A stretch of DNA of 64,000 bases from Amoebidium appalachense (taxonomy: Eukaryota; Protista; Ichthyosporea): the NCBI GenBank assembly GCA_963693365.1, contig CAVNZM010000003.1:6142948-6206947 (forward strand), given 5' to 3'. Shown piece after piece: positions 14,653-40,703 of this stretch; positions within the stretch are counted from its first letter, which is position 1; every line of letters starts with the position of its first letter. The position numbers and the translations under genes were made by a program. The notes beneath the pieces were generated by a model, which saw nothing but the letters and a program-made list of their open reading frames with translations, had not been told where the DNA came from and did no database searches.

Positions 14653-15240
14653 TGGGTGGGTGGGTGTGTTCGTCCGTGTGAGTGTGCCGTGTGTTGGCCG
14701 AGGGCAAGAAGGGGGAGGGGGGGGGGGGGAGGGGGGGGTTAGGGTTAGAACGCAGATAGGTGTATGTGTTGGATGGGGGGGGGGGGTGGGTTGGGGGTGG
14801 GGGTGGGGAGGCAAGGGGGAGGGGAAGACGGGGAGCTGGGGAGGGGGGGAGAGAGGGGAGATGGATGGGGTGGGGGATAAGGGTGGCGGTGGGGGGGGGG
14901 GGGCAGGAATAATACAGGCAAGGTGAGGGGACAGCCAATCAAATACAACCTCTCTCTCTTTCATTTGTCTGCCCACTCGCTCGCCTCCTTCCCTTTCTCT
15001 CACACACACAGCACGTCTGCCCAACATCCCTACCTAGAAGGCACTCCGGTGATTTGGTTCCTATGAACCCCCCTTCCTCTCTCCCCTCCCCTCCCCTTTC
15101 CCCCGCCCCACACACCGAAACAAAACGGGAAAAAAAGGGAAAAGGTGATCAGAGTGAATGGAGTTTGTATCTTTGATGTATGTGTGTGTGTATGATTTCG
15201 CATGTGCATGTGTGTTGCCCTCAGAGCCACATACATGCGA

Positions 15241-15321
<81 letters not shown>

Positions 15322-16009
15322 GGTGTGCGTGTGTGTTGTGCATGTGTGTGTGTGTGTGTGTGTGTGTGCGTGCGTGCTTGTATACATGCACGAGCAGTTG
15401 GGTGTGTGTGAACTGTGCATGTGTGTGTGCATGCATATTTGTTCATATCCGTGTGCATGCATATTTGTTCATATCCGTGTGCATGCATATTTGCTCATAT
15501 CCGTGTGCATGCATATTTGTTCATATCCGTGTGCATACATATTTGTTCATATCCGCGTGCATGCATATTTGCTCATATCCGTGTGCATGCATATTTGTTC
15601 ATATCCGTGTGCATGCACGCACGTGCACACACGTACCCAATGATCACCCCAACAATAACCATGCCTATCCTCGACAGATAGAACACATGGTTTGGGTCTT
15701 TGGAGCTGAAATGGTATGCCGTGAGCATATCCATGGTCATCAGCACCAGCATGAACGCATAGTCGTACTGCTTGTAGAAGGGCCGCCAATACGCAACAAA
15801 AAAAGTGGGGGGTAGCACCTGGAAAAAAAAAGGAGGTGGGGAAGGCAGGGGTTAGGAAATGGACGAAACAGTCCTCCCCCCCCCCCCCCCCCCCCCCTCC
15901 CCTGCCTCTTCCCTCCTCGCTTGCCCTTCAACCCACACACACACACACACACAGTACACAGACACACATACAGATACACACACACCCGCCCAAACAAACG
16001 CACACACAT

Positions 16010-16081
<72 letters not shown>

Positions 16082-16379
16082 CCCCCTCTTCGAGCCCCCC
16101 CCCTGCCCCCCTCCCCCCCCCCCGCCCAAACACACACACGATGCCATCCCTTCTCCTCTCAACTCTCATTTCCTTCCCCTCCCTCCACACACACACACAC
16201 ATCTCCGCCTAATCCAGCCCTCCTCCCCCTCCCGTCCCTTCCCAAACTAAACACATTGTCTTATACCACCCCCCTCCTTCTTGCTCCCTCCGTTCCCGTC
16301 TCATCCCATCCCCTCCCCTCTCTCCATACACATGCACAAGCGCGCACGCACACACACACACACGCACACACACGCACAC

Positions 16380-16443
<64 letters not shown>

Positions 16444-17415
16444 ACACAGACACACACGTACACACATACGTACACACACTCTCTCTCTCTCTCTCCACAC
16501 ACACACACACACACACACACACACCACCTCCCCCCTCCTCCATACACACACCCACACACACCCTCTCTCCCTCCCCCCCATCTCCCCCCCCCCTCCCACA
16601 CACACACACCCACACACACCCTCTCTCCCTCCCCCCCCTCGCCCCTCCCCTCCCACAAACGCACACCCACACACACCCTCTCTCCCTCCCCCCCCCCTCC
16701 CCCCCCTTCTCACACACACACCCACACACACCCTCTCTCCCCCTCCCCCCCCCCCCCCCCCCCACACACCCACACCCACACACACCCTCTCTCCCTCCCC
16801 CCCCCCCTTCCCACCCCCCCCCCCCCCTCATACCCACACCCACACACACCCTCTCTCCCTCCCCCCTCCCCGCCCCTCCCTCCCACACACACACACACCC
16901 ACACACACCCTCTCTCCCTCCCCTCCCCCCCTCCCCCCCCCCCCCCCACACACACACCCACACACACCCTCTCTCCCTCCCCCCCCCCCCTTCCCCTTCC
17001 CACACACACACACCCACACACACCCTTTCTCCCTCCTCCCCCCACCCCCCCGCCCCCCCCCTCCCCCCCCCCCCCCCCCCACCCACCCACCCACCCACAC
17101 ACACACCAGCAGGTGGAAGTATATCCACAGGTTGTTGTCCACAAAGTCTCCATCACTGGCCCAATACAGAAGACTGGTGATGGCATAGCCGAGGGCACCT
17201 CCAAGTACAGTCCCCACAACACGCAGCAGACTGCAAAAACATGCATGAACCAGTAAGATCTCTTTTGTGGGATCCGAAGATCTATGTTCATTGGTATTTT
17301 TGCCAAAAAAAAAAAAAAAAAAGTTCAAGGACACCAATACGTAGAAACCAGGCAGTCAAGAGAGAGGGTTCCTTACTCTGGGCGAGGAAGTTCGGGGCAC
17401 GGTGGGGGGCAGGGG

Positions 17416-17449
<34 letters not shown>

Positions 17450-17929
17450 GAATGTCCATTCAATATTTATGAAAGCTGCCAGACAAAAAATCGCGATAAT
17501 GTTACGGGTTGTTTGGATAGGTTGTACAGGCCGTGGTAAGAAAAGAACCTGCACTACGTTTTTCCAGGCTACTTGGATTGGAGACGGAGAGTAGATAAGA
17601 AAGGAAGCTCCGGCAAAAGCCTTTCGAGGTAACCCGGGGGAAGGAGGGGGGGGGGAGGGGGGGGGGGGGGGGGGGGGGGGGTAAGACACATTCCCCCATG
17701 TGCTAATAGAAGAGAGTTTGAGAAGAGCGTACCATTTCTTTGTTGCCTCTCCAAGTGTTGGTGTAGCCACAACTATAACGGTCATAACGGCCCACTGGGG
17801 GGAGTTAAGGTGTGCCCTCAAGGTAGGCACGGTGGTTAAAAGTAGTGCTAATTGTGTGCCCACACAGAGCTGGATGGCATAGCGGCAGCGTTTGGCATCT
17901 AACCCCAGCCAAGGCTTAAGCAAACCCAT
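9585..17929 (-). CDS. ALMT / aromatic-acid-exporter (FUSC-like) membrane protein (exons 17929-17733, 17230-17107, 15818-15637, 14586-14464, 13458-13340, 12603-12314, 11585-11433, 9833-9585; ~478 aa)
   Basis: Motifs [44 protein letters not shown] and [26 protein letters not shown] resemble the ALMT N-terminal TM domain. Eight GT-AG exons total 1437 nt in frame. Confidence 0.85.
10290..10380. repeat. 15-bp tandem repeat (CCACCCACCCAATCA)n in ALMT intron
   Basis: About 6 visible copies. Confidence 0.85.
15427..15616. repeat. 26-bp minisatellite (GTGCATGCATATTTGTTCATATCCGT) x~7 in ALMT intron 3
   Basis: Near-identical tandem copies next to the donor at 15636. Confidence 0.9.
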
Positions 17930-18514
17930 GGTGATGTTCCGCACGCAGACACCGAGAGAGTGAGAGAGGGGGGAGCAGGATGTGAGAGGGTAAGCAGAAG
18001 GTGGGAGAGAGAAGGTTTGGTGAGCACACAGGTGAGTGTGTTATATTGTTATGTGCAGAGAGAGTGTTGACTTGCTAAAATGACCTGCATATAGGTACAT
18101 ACATGTATACATGCACACAAGTTTACCCTCCTTGAACATCATCAAGTTCCTAGGCCTCTATTCGAACGCGCAAGTCGGCCACACTCGTGAACCTCATGAC
18201 TAGAAGTGAGATGTACGGTTTCCCGCCTCAAGTGATTCTTGTCTAATCAGCTAGTTTGGAGCAGATGACGTCACAGTGGTTCAGACCGTCACTTTACTAC
18301 GGTGCTCGAAACACGGTGAAAGCCTCATTATTTGTGATGCCACATGTTCATGCTTTGAGTTGTCGAAGGCCAACTTGAGTTTTTACACCTTTTCTTGTTG
18401 CCAGGCAGAGTGAACGTGGGAGGCTGCTTCGGCTGGAGAGTTTCTCACTTTCAAGGCCACCTTACCCAATGAACACGCGCAAAGCGCAAAGGTGTGAGAA
18501 TGCACCCAAGAAAA

Positions 18515-19415
18515 ATGGCGGCGAAGGGAGATGGTTTTGCTGATGCCAGCGATGAGACGGAGGGGGAGGGTGCGCAAATAACACCCAAAAAGGTCCGGCT
18601 CTCCAAGGAGCTTTCAGAAAATACGAAAGGCAAACCTCGTAACAAGACGTGTGCACCCCATTAAGGACTTTCATGATGCTTGTCACGGTTGTATTGTAAT
18701 CAAATACCACCTGGGACATTATCCCGAAAGCGCAGACCAGTTTGAGCGATGGAAAGCAGAAAACCCGCCTGTGATTTTACCGAGCAAAGGGACAAGTAAA
18801 AAAAAAGAAAAACGGCAGGGCAGTCTCTCACGAATAAGGAAACAGGTAAAAGTTGGTGTGTGTGTGTGTGTGTGTGTGTGTGTGACTGTGGGTCATGTCC
18901 ACACCGGCAGGCACTGAATATGTGCGAATTAAACAAATGTCGTGTACGTTTGTGTTTCTGTGAGTGTTTGTGGTGGTGGTGGTGAGAAGAGGGAGGGGGG
19001 GGGGGGGGGGTTGAGAAATTTGCCTTGTCTGCTAGTAGTAGTGTCTGCTGGAGTCCATCAATCGATATCATGTATGCATTGCACAGTTTAGTGGCATTGC
19101 ATGCTCCTCTAACGCAGCTCTGTGACGTGTGTGTGGTTTGTTCGTCTCATTGTTTGCATGTGTCAGCGGAATTTTTTTTTGGTAATAACCCGCCCGGAGC
19201 TTTTTTGCATGGATGTAGTTTGGCTCTAAACCACAGAATCACAAACTTGCTCTATTCTGGCTCAAAAAAACATCTCAAAATTTTTGATAAATTTTGTTTA
19301 TTAGGTATGAACGACCGGCCCGAGATTGTGGATGCCAACGTGACCACGCCCCCGCAAGCACAAGCGGTTGTCGTCATGGCGGCCCACGCCGGGCCAGTGG
19401 ACGTGTCTAACCCAG

Positions 19416-19492
<77 letters not shown>

Positions 19493-19566
19493 GTGTGTGT
19501 GGGTGTGGGTGTGGGTGTGTGGGTGTCACACTCGGTGTGTCACGTGTGTGTCCGCGCGTGTGTGTG

Positions 19567-19609
<43 letters not shown>

Positions 19610-19688
19610 ATGCGTGCGACGCCTTGTGTGTGTGTGTGTGTGTGTGTGTGTGCATGTGTGTGTGTCACGGTGTGTGTGTGTGTCTGTC

Positions 19689-19719
<31 letters not shown>

Positions 19720-20209
19720 GTGCAGCGCGCCCGTGTGTGTGTGTGTGTGTGTGTGTGTGCACGGTGTGTGTGCGTGTGTGTGTGTGTGCGTGCGTGTGTG
19801 TGTGTGTGTGCGTGCGTGTGTGTGTGTGTGTGTGTGTTTATGTGTGTGTGTTGATTGTTTTTTTTTCTTTTGCTCTAAGATTTGGTGGGGAGAAGGGGGG
19901 GGGAGGGGGGGGGGGAGGGGGGAGATGGACGGCGAGGCCTTTTTTGTTTGTTTCGTGTGTGCGCACGGTGATTTTGTTCAGAAACATGTACAGTATCATC
20001 CCGTGCTACTTGCAGACGTGCTGTCGAGTTAAGTCTTGTCAAACACTGACTGACTTTTAGTTAACACAGTAGTACTAGTACTGATAAGTATAACTGTCGA
20101 TAGGTCGCGATCCGGAGCCTGTTAGTGCCTTTTTGTTGCTACTCTTTACACTCAGACCTCCCCCAGATTGTTTAGCATTTACCCTTCCCCCTCCTCCCCC
20201 CCTCCCCCC

Positions 20210-20270
<61 letters not shown>

Positions 20271-20702
20271 ACACACCAACCACCCACCCACCCCGAGCGC
20301 CCCTGCTAGCTACTTTTTATATATATATATATATTAGAGATTCTTTCCTAACTTGAAGCCATCCCTGCAGGCCTAGGTATGAACGACTCGGGCCGGGCCG
20401 CCGATGCAAGGGAGATATATGGAGGCCTTGGCACGTTCCCGTGGTCGCGAGTCCGGCCGGCATCGCCGCTTCTTCGCAAGCACAGGTGGCCGCCATCCCA
20501 GTACGCTCCCCAAACGACCCAAAAAAGGTGCTGGCTGTTAGTTGCGGCCCGTGGATTTATTTTTCTTGCCGCTGTGTTGGCGGTTGCCACTAGAATCTAC
20601 AACCACCACCCGATCTACGTTCCAGTAACACTGACACGGACACTTTGGGTTTGCCACATGTACAGGCGGTTTGTACGGACACGGACTGAAAGAACTTTGT
20701 AA
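18515..20702 (+). CDS. Orphan spliced gene or pseudogene with C-terminal hydrophobic segment (exon-like blocks 18515-18856, 19305-19415, 20371-20702)
   Basis: Two GT-AG introns join in phase 1. The first block needs either a frameshift or removal of a 25-nt GT..AG piece (18593-18617). No family recognised. Confidence 0.4.
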
Positions 20703-20934
20703 CGCTGCGTGCACCTAGGAGAGGCTGAGTGCTTCAAATTAAGTTTTGAATTTGTTTGATAATAATTTGGCGCTTCTGGCAGGTGTGCGTACGGGTGGCA
20801 GGTACGTGCCGTTGCGAGTTGTTGTTTTGGATTTTGGGGGGGGGGGGGGGGGGGGGGACACAGAAGTCTGTGTTACCATACATATATACTATGTGAGCGT
20901 TGCTGAGTTCAACGGTTTGGTCGGTCGGTTTGTA

Positions 20935-21041
20935 CAGTATGCGTCCACGCATAACATACCGCCCCGACAAGGGTCGAGGTCGTTATGTTAAATTTTAATT
21001 AGTATCTAAAAATAGGCTCCCAGAGCCCGTCTCGATTATGT

Positions 21042-21077
<36 letters not shown>

Positions 21078-21894
21078 CCCGCCCGCCCGCCCTCCCGCCC
21101 GCCCAGGAGGCCACACTGGGCCTCTCCATCGGGCGGGGAATCCGCAAACCGCTAAATGACATAAATATAGTAGTAAACAAATAATAAATTGATCAAAAAC
21201 CCAAAACACCAACAAATACACCCCCCACACACACCCGGCCGGCCTGTTCTGACTGCCGGAACACACACAGACCCGGTGTGCCCTGTAAAACCCACCTTTT
21301 AGTCCACAAAAACATCGCCACAACATACGTACAACAACACATAATGTTAGGCAGCAACCCCCCACCACCACCACCACCACACCCCATCATCCACCCATAC
21401 CCACCGTAAATATTATACACAACACCTAGGCCTTCCCAATACTGTAGATCGACCAATGAGAGCCCTCGGTTAACGTTTATTGCTAGGTTTTGAATGGAGG
21501 GGAGGACTGGAGCCTCCTGCCGGCGTGGCTGGGGTAGTAGCCCTGGGCAAAGTATGTACTTATAGTTAGGTTGTGAAGGATGGTTTAGCTTAGCTGAACT
21601 CATAGATAGCACCTTAACTAGTGTACTGTCGGTGCTGTGTGGTAGACGGTAGTTTCCCTAGAGGGCCTGAAAAGGCCCTCCGGGAACAAAACGTGATAAA
21701 ATATAAAATAAAATAAATAATAATAATAATAATAAATTGATCAAATGAATGAATAAACAAAGAATACTTATACTAGTTCCTTTTTGAGATGGTGAAAAAA
21801 AAAAAGGGAAATTCGGAAAGAAAAAAAAAACTTAGAAAAAAAAAAAAAAAAAAAAGAAGCTGAAAGCGTGAAAGCCTATGTGTGTGTGTGTGTG

Positions 21895-21973
<79 letters not shown>

Positions 21974-22152
21974 AAATCTAAATCAATACTTGAAAGTCTA
22001 GCATTTAGAACATCAAGTCCCCCCCCCCCCCCCCTCCCCTCCCCTCCTCCCCAACCCGCTAAATAAGTAAATATAGAGGAAATCAATAAGTATTTGATTC
22101 AAATAATAATAAAAACATACTAATTTTTTTCAAGGGGACCAAACCAAAAAAG

Positions 22153-22190
<38 letters not shown>

Positions 22191-23073
22191 CAACTCATAC
22201 AAACAAGGACGTACTAGTCTTTCTGCTCCCTCACACCTTACTCTCACACCACGAATTTGGCACCACACACCTACACGAGTAAGAGGCAACCCCTCCCCCT
22301 TCGCCTCATAAAAATCCGTATTCAGGGTTTCATCAAGCTCCAAACCATTACCGTAACTCACACGGAAAAGACTCAGCGATTCCGCGCGTGTGGGGGCTCT
22401 GCGGCTCTCTAAACTCTCCATGTGTGAGCGCAATTGTGCTTTTGCCGTTTCGGCTTGTGCAATTGCACGTGTGGTTGCGTTGTTGATTGTGTTGTTTGCG
22501 TTTACAAAACCCTCAGAAATGTTTGCTTGGGCTTCTTGGGTAGTTTCCTGAAACTTGTCTGTGGCCTCATTTACTGTGTGCAGTGCACTATTCAACGCCC
22601 CAAGTGCAGCTGCCTGCACCTGGACTACTGGCTTGGTCATGATCGCTGGGTTTAATATGCATTCAACCTGCCTATATGACTAGGATGTAAAAACTAGCTA
22701 TACAAGACTGCTTCGAACTAGTTGGGGCCTTCGTATGTTTCTGCTCGTTTATCGACATAGTCGGCCACATGAGTCCTTTGCATGCATACCATGCGATGTG
22801 CGGCCGCCGCCTACTAGCATTGGCCCTGGCGAGCTTTGGGCGGTCGTTGAAATCACGGCGAACCACTGTTTTGTCTGGGAAAGAGATCGAAATACTAAAC
22901 ATAGGGGTTCTAAACTGACCAGATAAACCCGATTACTCGTCCTACTATGTATAGGACCCCTTGGTGCGCTAACATAATCCCGAAAAATGACCGAGGTCAG
23001 TATGTTAAGATTTTTGAAAATCGGCGTCGACGTTATGTTGTGCGTGGAGTATGTTATGCGTGGACGCATACTG
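20935..23073. mobile_element. Non-autonomous pogo/Tc1-mariner-like DNA transposon with 25-bp perfect TIRs and TA target-site duplication
   Basis: TA|CAGTATGCGTCCACGCATAACATAC at 20933-20959 and its exact reverse complement GTATGTTATGCGTGGACGCATACTG|TA at 23049-23075. Subterminal partial copies TATGTTGTGCGTGGA and GAGGTC..TATGTTAA. No transposase ORF inside. Confidence 0.75.
21405..22640 (-). CDS. Orphan protein with N-terminal coiled-coil-like region, inside the TIR element (exons 22640-22275, 21657-~21405; 3' exons uncertain)
   Basis: 122-codon first exon MTKPVVQVQAAALGALNSALHTVNEATDKFQETTQEAQ... splices in phase 0 (CGT|gtaggt ... ctctag|GGA) to GNYRLPHSTDSTLVKVLSMSSAKLNHP...YWEGLGVVYNIY. 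Confidence 0.55.
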
Positions 23074-23768
23074 TATAGTAGGCTTCGATATACTGGAATG
23101 TAATTGATTCCCGTTAATAGATCATGGCAACATGTCATTGAATAGTACGGTCTATTATTGAAAGCGTTCAAACAAAAAAAGAGAGATCAAGATCCCGCTT
23201 CAAACTTGATCACGAGATCGTTCGTGTGGACCTTTAAATTCTTCCATGATTAATTAATTGTTAAGTCTATAACTAGTAATTAAAACCCGCACTTGAAAAA
23301 CGTATAACCCCCCTGGCCCAAAAACAGTTTACTGTGACAGTGTCTAGAGTGACGGAATCATGCAGTAACCTTGTAAACTTCGCCCGGTAAAAAAAAAAGG
23401 GGGGGGTCATATTCTGCTGTTCGGGCACCTGCATGCGCATTCAACACTGCAACTGAGTTTGGGTGAAGATGTGATGACACTTGCTGCTCTTGTTTTCTTA
23501 AGCTTGATACTACATCAACACACCCGTTACAATGATTAGATTGCGGGTTTTTTTTCTTTCTTTACAGCATTACATTATTGTGAAAGACAGAGGGACCCTG
23601 TATACGTACCGGGCAACCGTTCCCTCTTTTTCAAAGTCTGTCAGACACTGTCAGGATGTCACGTTATCACGGTTTGTACGTTCAAATGATTATGTGCGTG
23701 CGTGAGCAATTGCATGCGAGAATAATCACACACCGAGACTCTGAGGCTCTCTGAGTGTGGGGGGGGGG

Positions 23769-23799
<31 letters not shown>

Positions 23800-23800
23800 C

Positions 23801-23833
<33 letters not shown>

Positions 23834-23866
23834 AGAGACTCTCAGAGAGAGAGAGAGGAGAGAGAT

Positions 23867-23915
<49 letters not shown>

Positions 23916-24000
23916 GGAATAAGGGAGTGTACAGAGTGTTCGCGTGTGTTTTTGAAATGTGCGTGCGTTCGTACATATATACGTATGTGTATGTTGCTCG

Positions 24001-24058
<58 letters not shown>

Positions 24059-24771
24059 TGGTGGTGGTGGTGGTGGTGGTGTTGGGGGGGGGGGGGCCGG
24101 GGAGGGTGATGCGTGCGCGTGTGAGTATGAGAGAGAGAGGGCTGCCAAAAGGGAGTGTACAGAGTGTTCGCGTGTGTCCTTGCAATGTACATGTGCGTGC
24201 AGTCGTACGTGTGCGCATGTGTTTGTTATCGTGCGCGCGCGTGTGTTTATGTGAGTGTGCGTTTGGTGGTGGTGGTGGAGGGGGAAGGGGGAGCATGCGT
24301 GCGTGTGTGAGTATGTGCATGTCACGGTGACGTGTGTGTGTAGGGCCTGACAGTGTGTGTTTTCATGCGTCTGCGCATGTGCAGGCTGGTGCGGCACCGT
24401 GTCAAATCACGTTTAGCACATGTGTACACACACATACACACTCGCACAGTTACCTCCTATCCCCCCCCTACCCCCCCCACCCACCCATTCCCACCCCCTC
24501 GGGGGGCCGGCGGAGGGTTCATATACCACGTACAATCTGAAATCCCCTAAAGACCACAAATTTCACATCCGGTGCACACAACCAAAGATTTTTCCAGATG
24601 ACATAATATATCTCCCATGCCGGCATGGGAAACACACATTTTATATTTTTGCAACACAGCACCCAGCCACAGGCTGCTAAGAATCGGCGCACGGTAAAAA
24701 ACTCGCAGCCGCGCGCCAAAAATAGCCATTCCTGGGCCAGGACAACACGTGCCGCTTTCCAAATATAGAAA

Positions 24772-29154
<4,383 letters not shown>

Positions 29155-30359
29155 TTTTTTCCTGCCCACCCAGGAAACATCAGTAAACAGAAACAACAGA
29201 AAAACGACACCAATTTTTTTATAGACAATACCCTACGCTAGACCCCCGGTGTGTGTTTTTGAAGGCACGTTTCCCCATGTTTCTTCAACAGTATTTGCTG
29301 ACATCAACAAATCCGTCAAAGCGCTTCCCAACAACTCGAAGCCTTTTAGACAACCGAATATACTCCACACAACCCCTCCCCCCTCCCTCTTCCTCCCCCC
29401 ACCCCCCCACCCCCCGCACCACATATACCTGACATTCCCCTCGCTCCCCTCCTCCCAGCCTCCCCAGCCCCCGGCCCTCACACACCCTCTCCTCCCCCTC
29501 CCCCTTCCCCCCCACTCTCTCTCTCTTTCACCCCAACCTCTTACGCCTCCATAAATGAAGACAACTCAAACCAACGTAACGTGTTCAAGATTTCCTGTGT
29601 CCTTCACATGATTCTTCTTTGACTGCTTCGTGATAACAGCTGTTCCGTCTGAACATCTAACCCAACCAGAGCTCGAGGCTCGTTTGAAAATTAGTTTGCA
29701 CCGACTGTCGACATGTCCCCTAACCTTCCTCCAACGTCCCACCCCCTTAGACTTTGTCTCTCTTTCATTATATATTTCCCTCCCTACTCCCTCTTAGACC
29801 TTTTCTTTCAGACAACTTGTGTTCTCCCAAAAGCCTCCGCAGCTTGCCTACCTTTCTATATTCAGAAAGTGACTCACGTTGTTTGTGTGTGGATGCGCGG
29901 GCTGCAAACTAAGGCCTTTAGTACCCTCACCGCATGGTTTGCAATCCGAAAAGCGCGACTTTTACCGTGCTTGTGCAGATTTTGGGTAAATTTGGAAGAT
30001 TTAGGACCCACGTTTCACTTGTTCATAAAATGGTTGAACCCCTCTCTAGCATCTACTTCTATCTTTGTCGAGAATTGTAACCGGGAGCCCAAATGCTTTT
30101 CAATTCCCTTTTTTGGGATTTTGCCCAAAAATGTCGGAATGAGCATCTGATCTCGAGATCGAATCGGGAAGTTCGGAACAACTGGTGCAGCTTGTTCTTC
30201 GTGCCTTTTGCAATAGGCGTATAAAAGAGGCACTGCTATTATTATTATAGCTGTGTTCTAAAAAGTGAATAGATTACAGTCATGATTCAATGATGTACAC
30301 AGGCCACAACGAACTATTTTCCCAGGCGGCGATGTTCGGCGATACGGCTTCCTCTGCGT

Positions 30360-30432
30360 CCGCGACGATTGGCGGCATAATTGGGCTGTGTATTCTGATT
30401 GGTGTTAGCAAGCCACTGTTCCGCCAATCAGC
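30360..30432. promoter_or_regulatory. CCAAT-box cluster between divergent AK2 and TruB genes
   Basis: GATTGG, AATTGG, GATTGG and GCCAATCA within ~70 bp. Confidence 0.4.
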
Positions 30433-31143
30433 TGTATCTTCAAGGAAATTCCTGAGGGTGCGCCGTCAGCCAACCGTTTGCCAGTTTTCTTTTGAATGCA
30501 CACCGTGAGTCACTGGGCCGTGAACACTCACAACTTTGAAACACGTGTATGCACGTGTTTTTTTACTTTACCCCCACTCACACCGCCCCACCTGTCAATA
30601 CCCCCCCCCCCCCCCCCCCCCCCCCGAGTCACAGGCACCTTTTAAATAGCCCCCTTCTACCCTGTAGCCCAGTGTTCTTTCCTGCAGATCTCTCGCCTCG
30701 CTCATGCATGTTGCTTCATTCAATCCCGCCCTTTCTCTCACTTCAGGCCAGCTCTTCAAACCACCATTCACGCGGCTAAACGCACACAATTTGCACGGTG
30801 CGTGACACGTAGAGTTTCGTCATCCGACGCATGCACACATTCACCCACACATAAACCCACACACACGCACACGCACCACACCCTCACACACACAAGTACA
30901 AACACGCGCACGTGAACCCTGCCGTCTAAAAGCGCTTCCGGGACCCCCCAGCTCAAGGCTCCTAATCAGAGAGTCTGACCTGCTTATTTTCTTCCCTTGC
31001 AAACATCAGTGACTTTAATACGCTCACGCAGGCGCCGTAAGTCTCTGGAGCCTTCGCCCGTTTCGAAGTCGCCTGTAGCAGAAGAAACATCACAACTAGG
31101 CACCCCTGCAACACACTACTCCTGTTCGCATCTTGGACCCGGC

Positions 31144-38603
<7,460 letters not shown>

Positions 38604-39589
38604 GATTTATATGTGCCTAAAGAAGGGAGGCTCCGTGAGACCGACATCGTTCACTAGAATTTTAAGTCTAGGTTTATTCTAAGGACCCATCGGCTAGCAT
38701 GATTGCTTTTATTGATAAAGCTTTGTTTTATTAGCCAATGGCTAGCATGGAATACATTTTGATTGTATCTTTGGGAAATGGGTTGATTTGGTGATTAGTC
38801 CTTTTGGCTTAAAGGTCAAAAAAAAAAATTCCGCGCTTGTTTGAGCGTTTGTGAATTAAAGTACCCAAAGTGTATCTTCTTTTAAGATCGATGTAAATGT
38901 CTGTGTAATTGGAGCTCTGCACGTGACCGGCACCCCTTCCTTTTTTGGGCAAACTACGTGGTGATGGTGTATTGCCTGTGTTAGACAATCACAGATGAAT
39001 TTTTCGAATGACCATAAATACCCTATCGACAGGAATCTTGGGGTTATCTGCCCGGTTGCACAGATCATGGATGTGTGCGTCATATATAGTTATTATACAC
39101 AGAATAAGAGCACGAATGATCGCTGTGTAATCAAAAAATCATCCCCCCCCCCCCCCCCCCCCCCGCTCACCTTATGGCCCACCCCTCCCTTCCAACCTTC
39201 TTGGTACCTGGGCCGCACACACACAGCACGCACACAGACAGATAAAGAGGTAAGAACACCAGAAAGAAAACCACACGAACACTAGAAGATTATCCCGAGG
39301 TTACAGGGAATAAACATACTAGAATCATACAAGGAAAATCACAAGAATACAAGTCTTAAAAGAAGAACAGAAGAACACAAGAAAGAATGCCGCACGAATA
39401 CAGAAAAGAAAGCCTGGCCCACAAGAGTACAAGGGAAACCACAAGAATACAAAACGGGAAACCACAAGAATACAAAAAGGAATTCGAAAACCACAAAAAC
39501 AAATGGAAACCGGCACAAGAACAGAAACCAATGAATTTGCCAACAACCACACCCCACAGCATGTGAGAAAGAGCTGTGGTCTCTTTTCC

Positions 39590-40188
39590 TGCACATGCAC
39601 ATCTGAACAAAAATTGTGGCCAATACAAATTGTTAACAGTTTTTTTTTGCCACAATAGTTAACAACTTGCAACAAGCAAACACCAAATGTAAGTGTTCTT
39701 ACCATGGTATTTGGTTTACTAACAGACAGCCTGAAGTAAGTTTGTATATAGCAAACAAAGGTGCTCGGACATCATGATGTGCGTGCCTGGTGTTTGCATC
39801 TTACTTGACTAGATTCGTTTTCTTCAGCATTGTTTGTAGGGGCGATTTCCGATCGAGTGAATCAGCAAGACCTTGCTTGCCAAGGCATCAATTTGCAAAT
39901 GGCATCTATGAGGCCGATAGATCGCCAAAGGACACCTGTGACAAACCAATTAACGAACATGTGTGTCATTCCTGTGTTTGATTGTGGGACAATTCAGTTC
40001 CAAAGAGCAGCACTCCGAATGCACGGGTTGACGAAGTCCAACCATGAGAAAAAAAGAAAAACAATCCGCATGATGATTAGAGGGATTCCGCAACCTTCTT
40101 GACTAATATATAGGGAGCAGTCATTTTTGTGTTTAGAGAGTCGTGTGTGTGTGTGTGTGTGTCGAGTGGTGTGTCTGTGTCTGTGTGT

Positions 40189-40239
<51 letters not shown>

Positions 40240-40301
40240 GGGGCGGGCGGGGCGGGGGGGGGGGGGGGGGGGGGGGGGGGGACACGGCACCCAAATCCCC
40301 C

Positions 40302-40332
<31 letters not shown>

Positions 40333-40671
40333 AAAAAAAAAAAAAAAGGCATTGATTTGAAGAAAATACGTTCCTTCCACCTGTGGGATGATGACCGACC
40401 CCCCCCCCCCCCCCCCCCCCTCCCCCCCCCTCCTCCTCCTCCTCCTCCTCCTCCTCCTCCTCCTACTCCCCGGGCCAGGTCCGTCCTCCGATCCCCACTC
40501 CCTCCCGGGGGAGAGGGGAATAGCGTCGATATTTGGTGACCCAGTGCACGTAATGGCCAGCAACTTGCAAGTAAGGTAATAATTAATGAAGCCATGACCA
40601 TATGAAGTATTTGCAAAGGTGGGCGGGCCAATCATGACGTGCCACATCTGGTGGTGGGGGGCAGGGGAGGG

Positions 40672-40703
<32 letters not shown>

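Noticed and set aside
17288-17640. Extra ALMT exon(s) suggested by the long ORF 17288-17944
   Set aside because: Exon 1 joins exon 2 directly in frame (KKC|LLRVVG), restoring the family motif without this segment.
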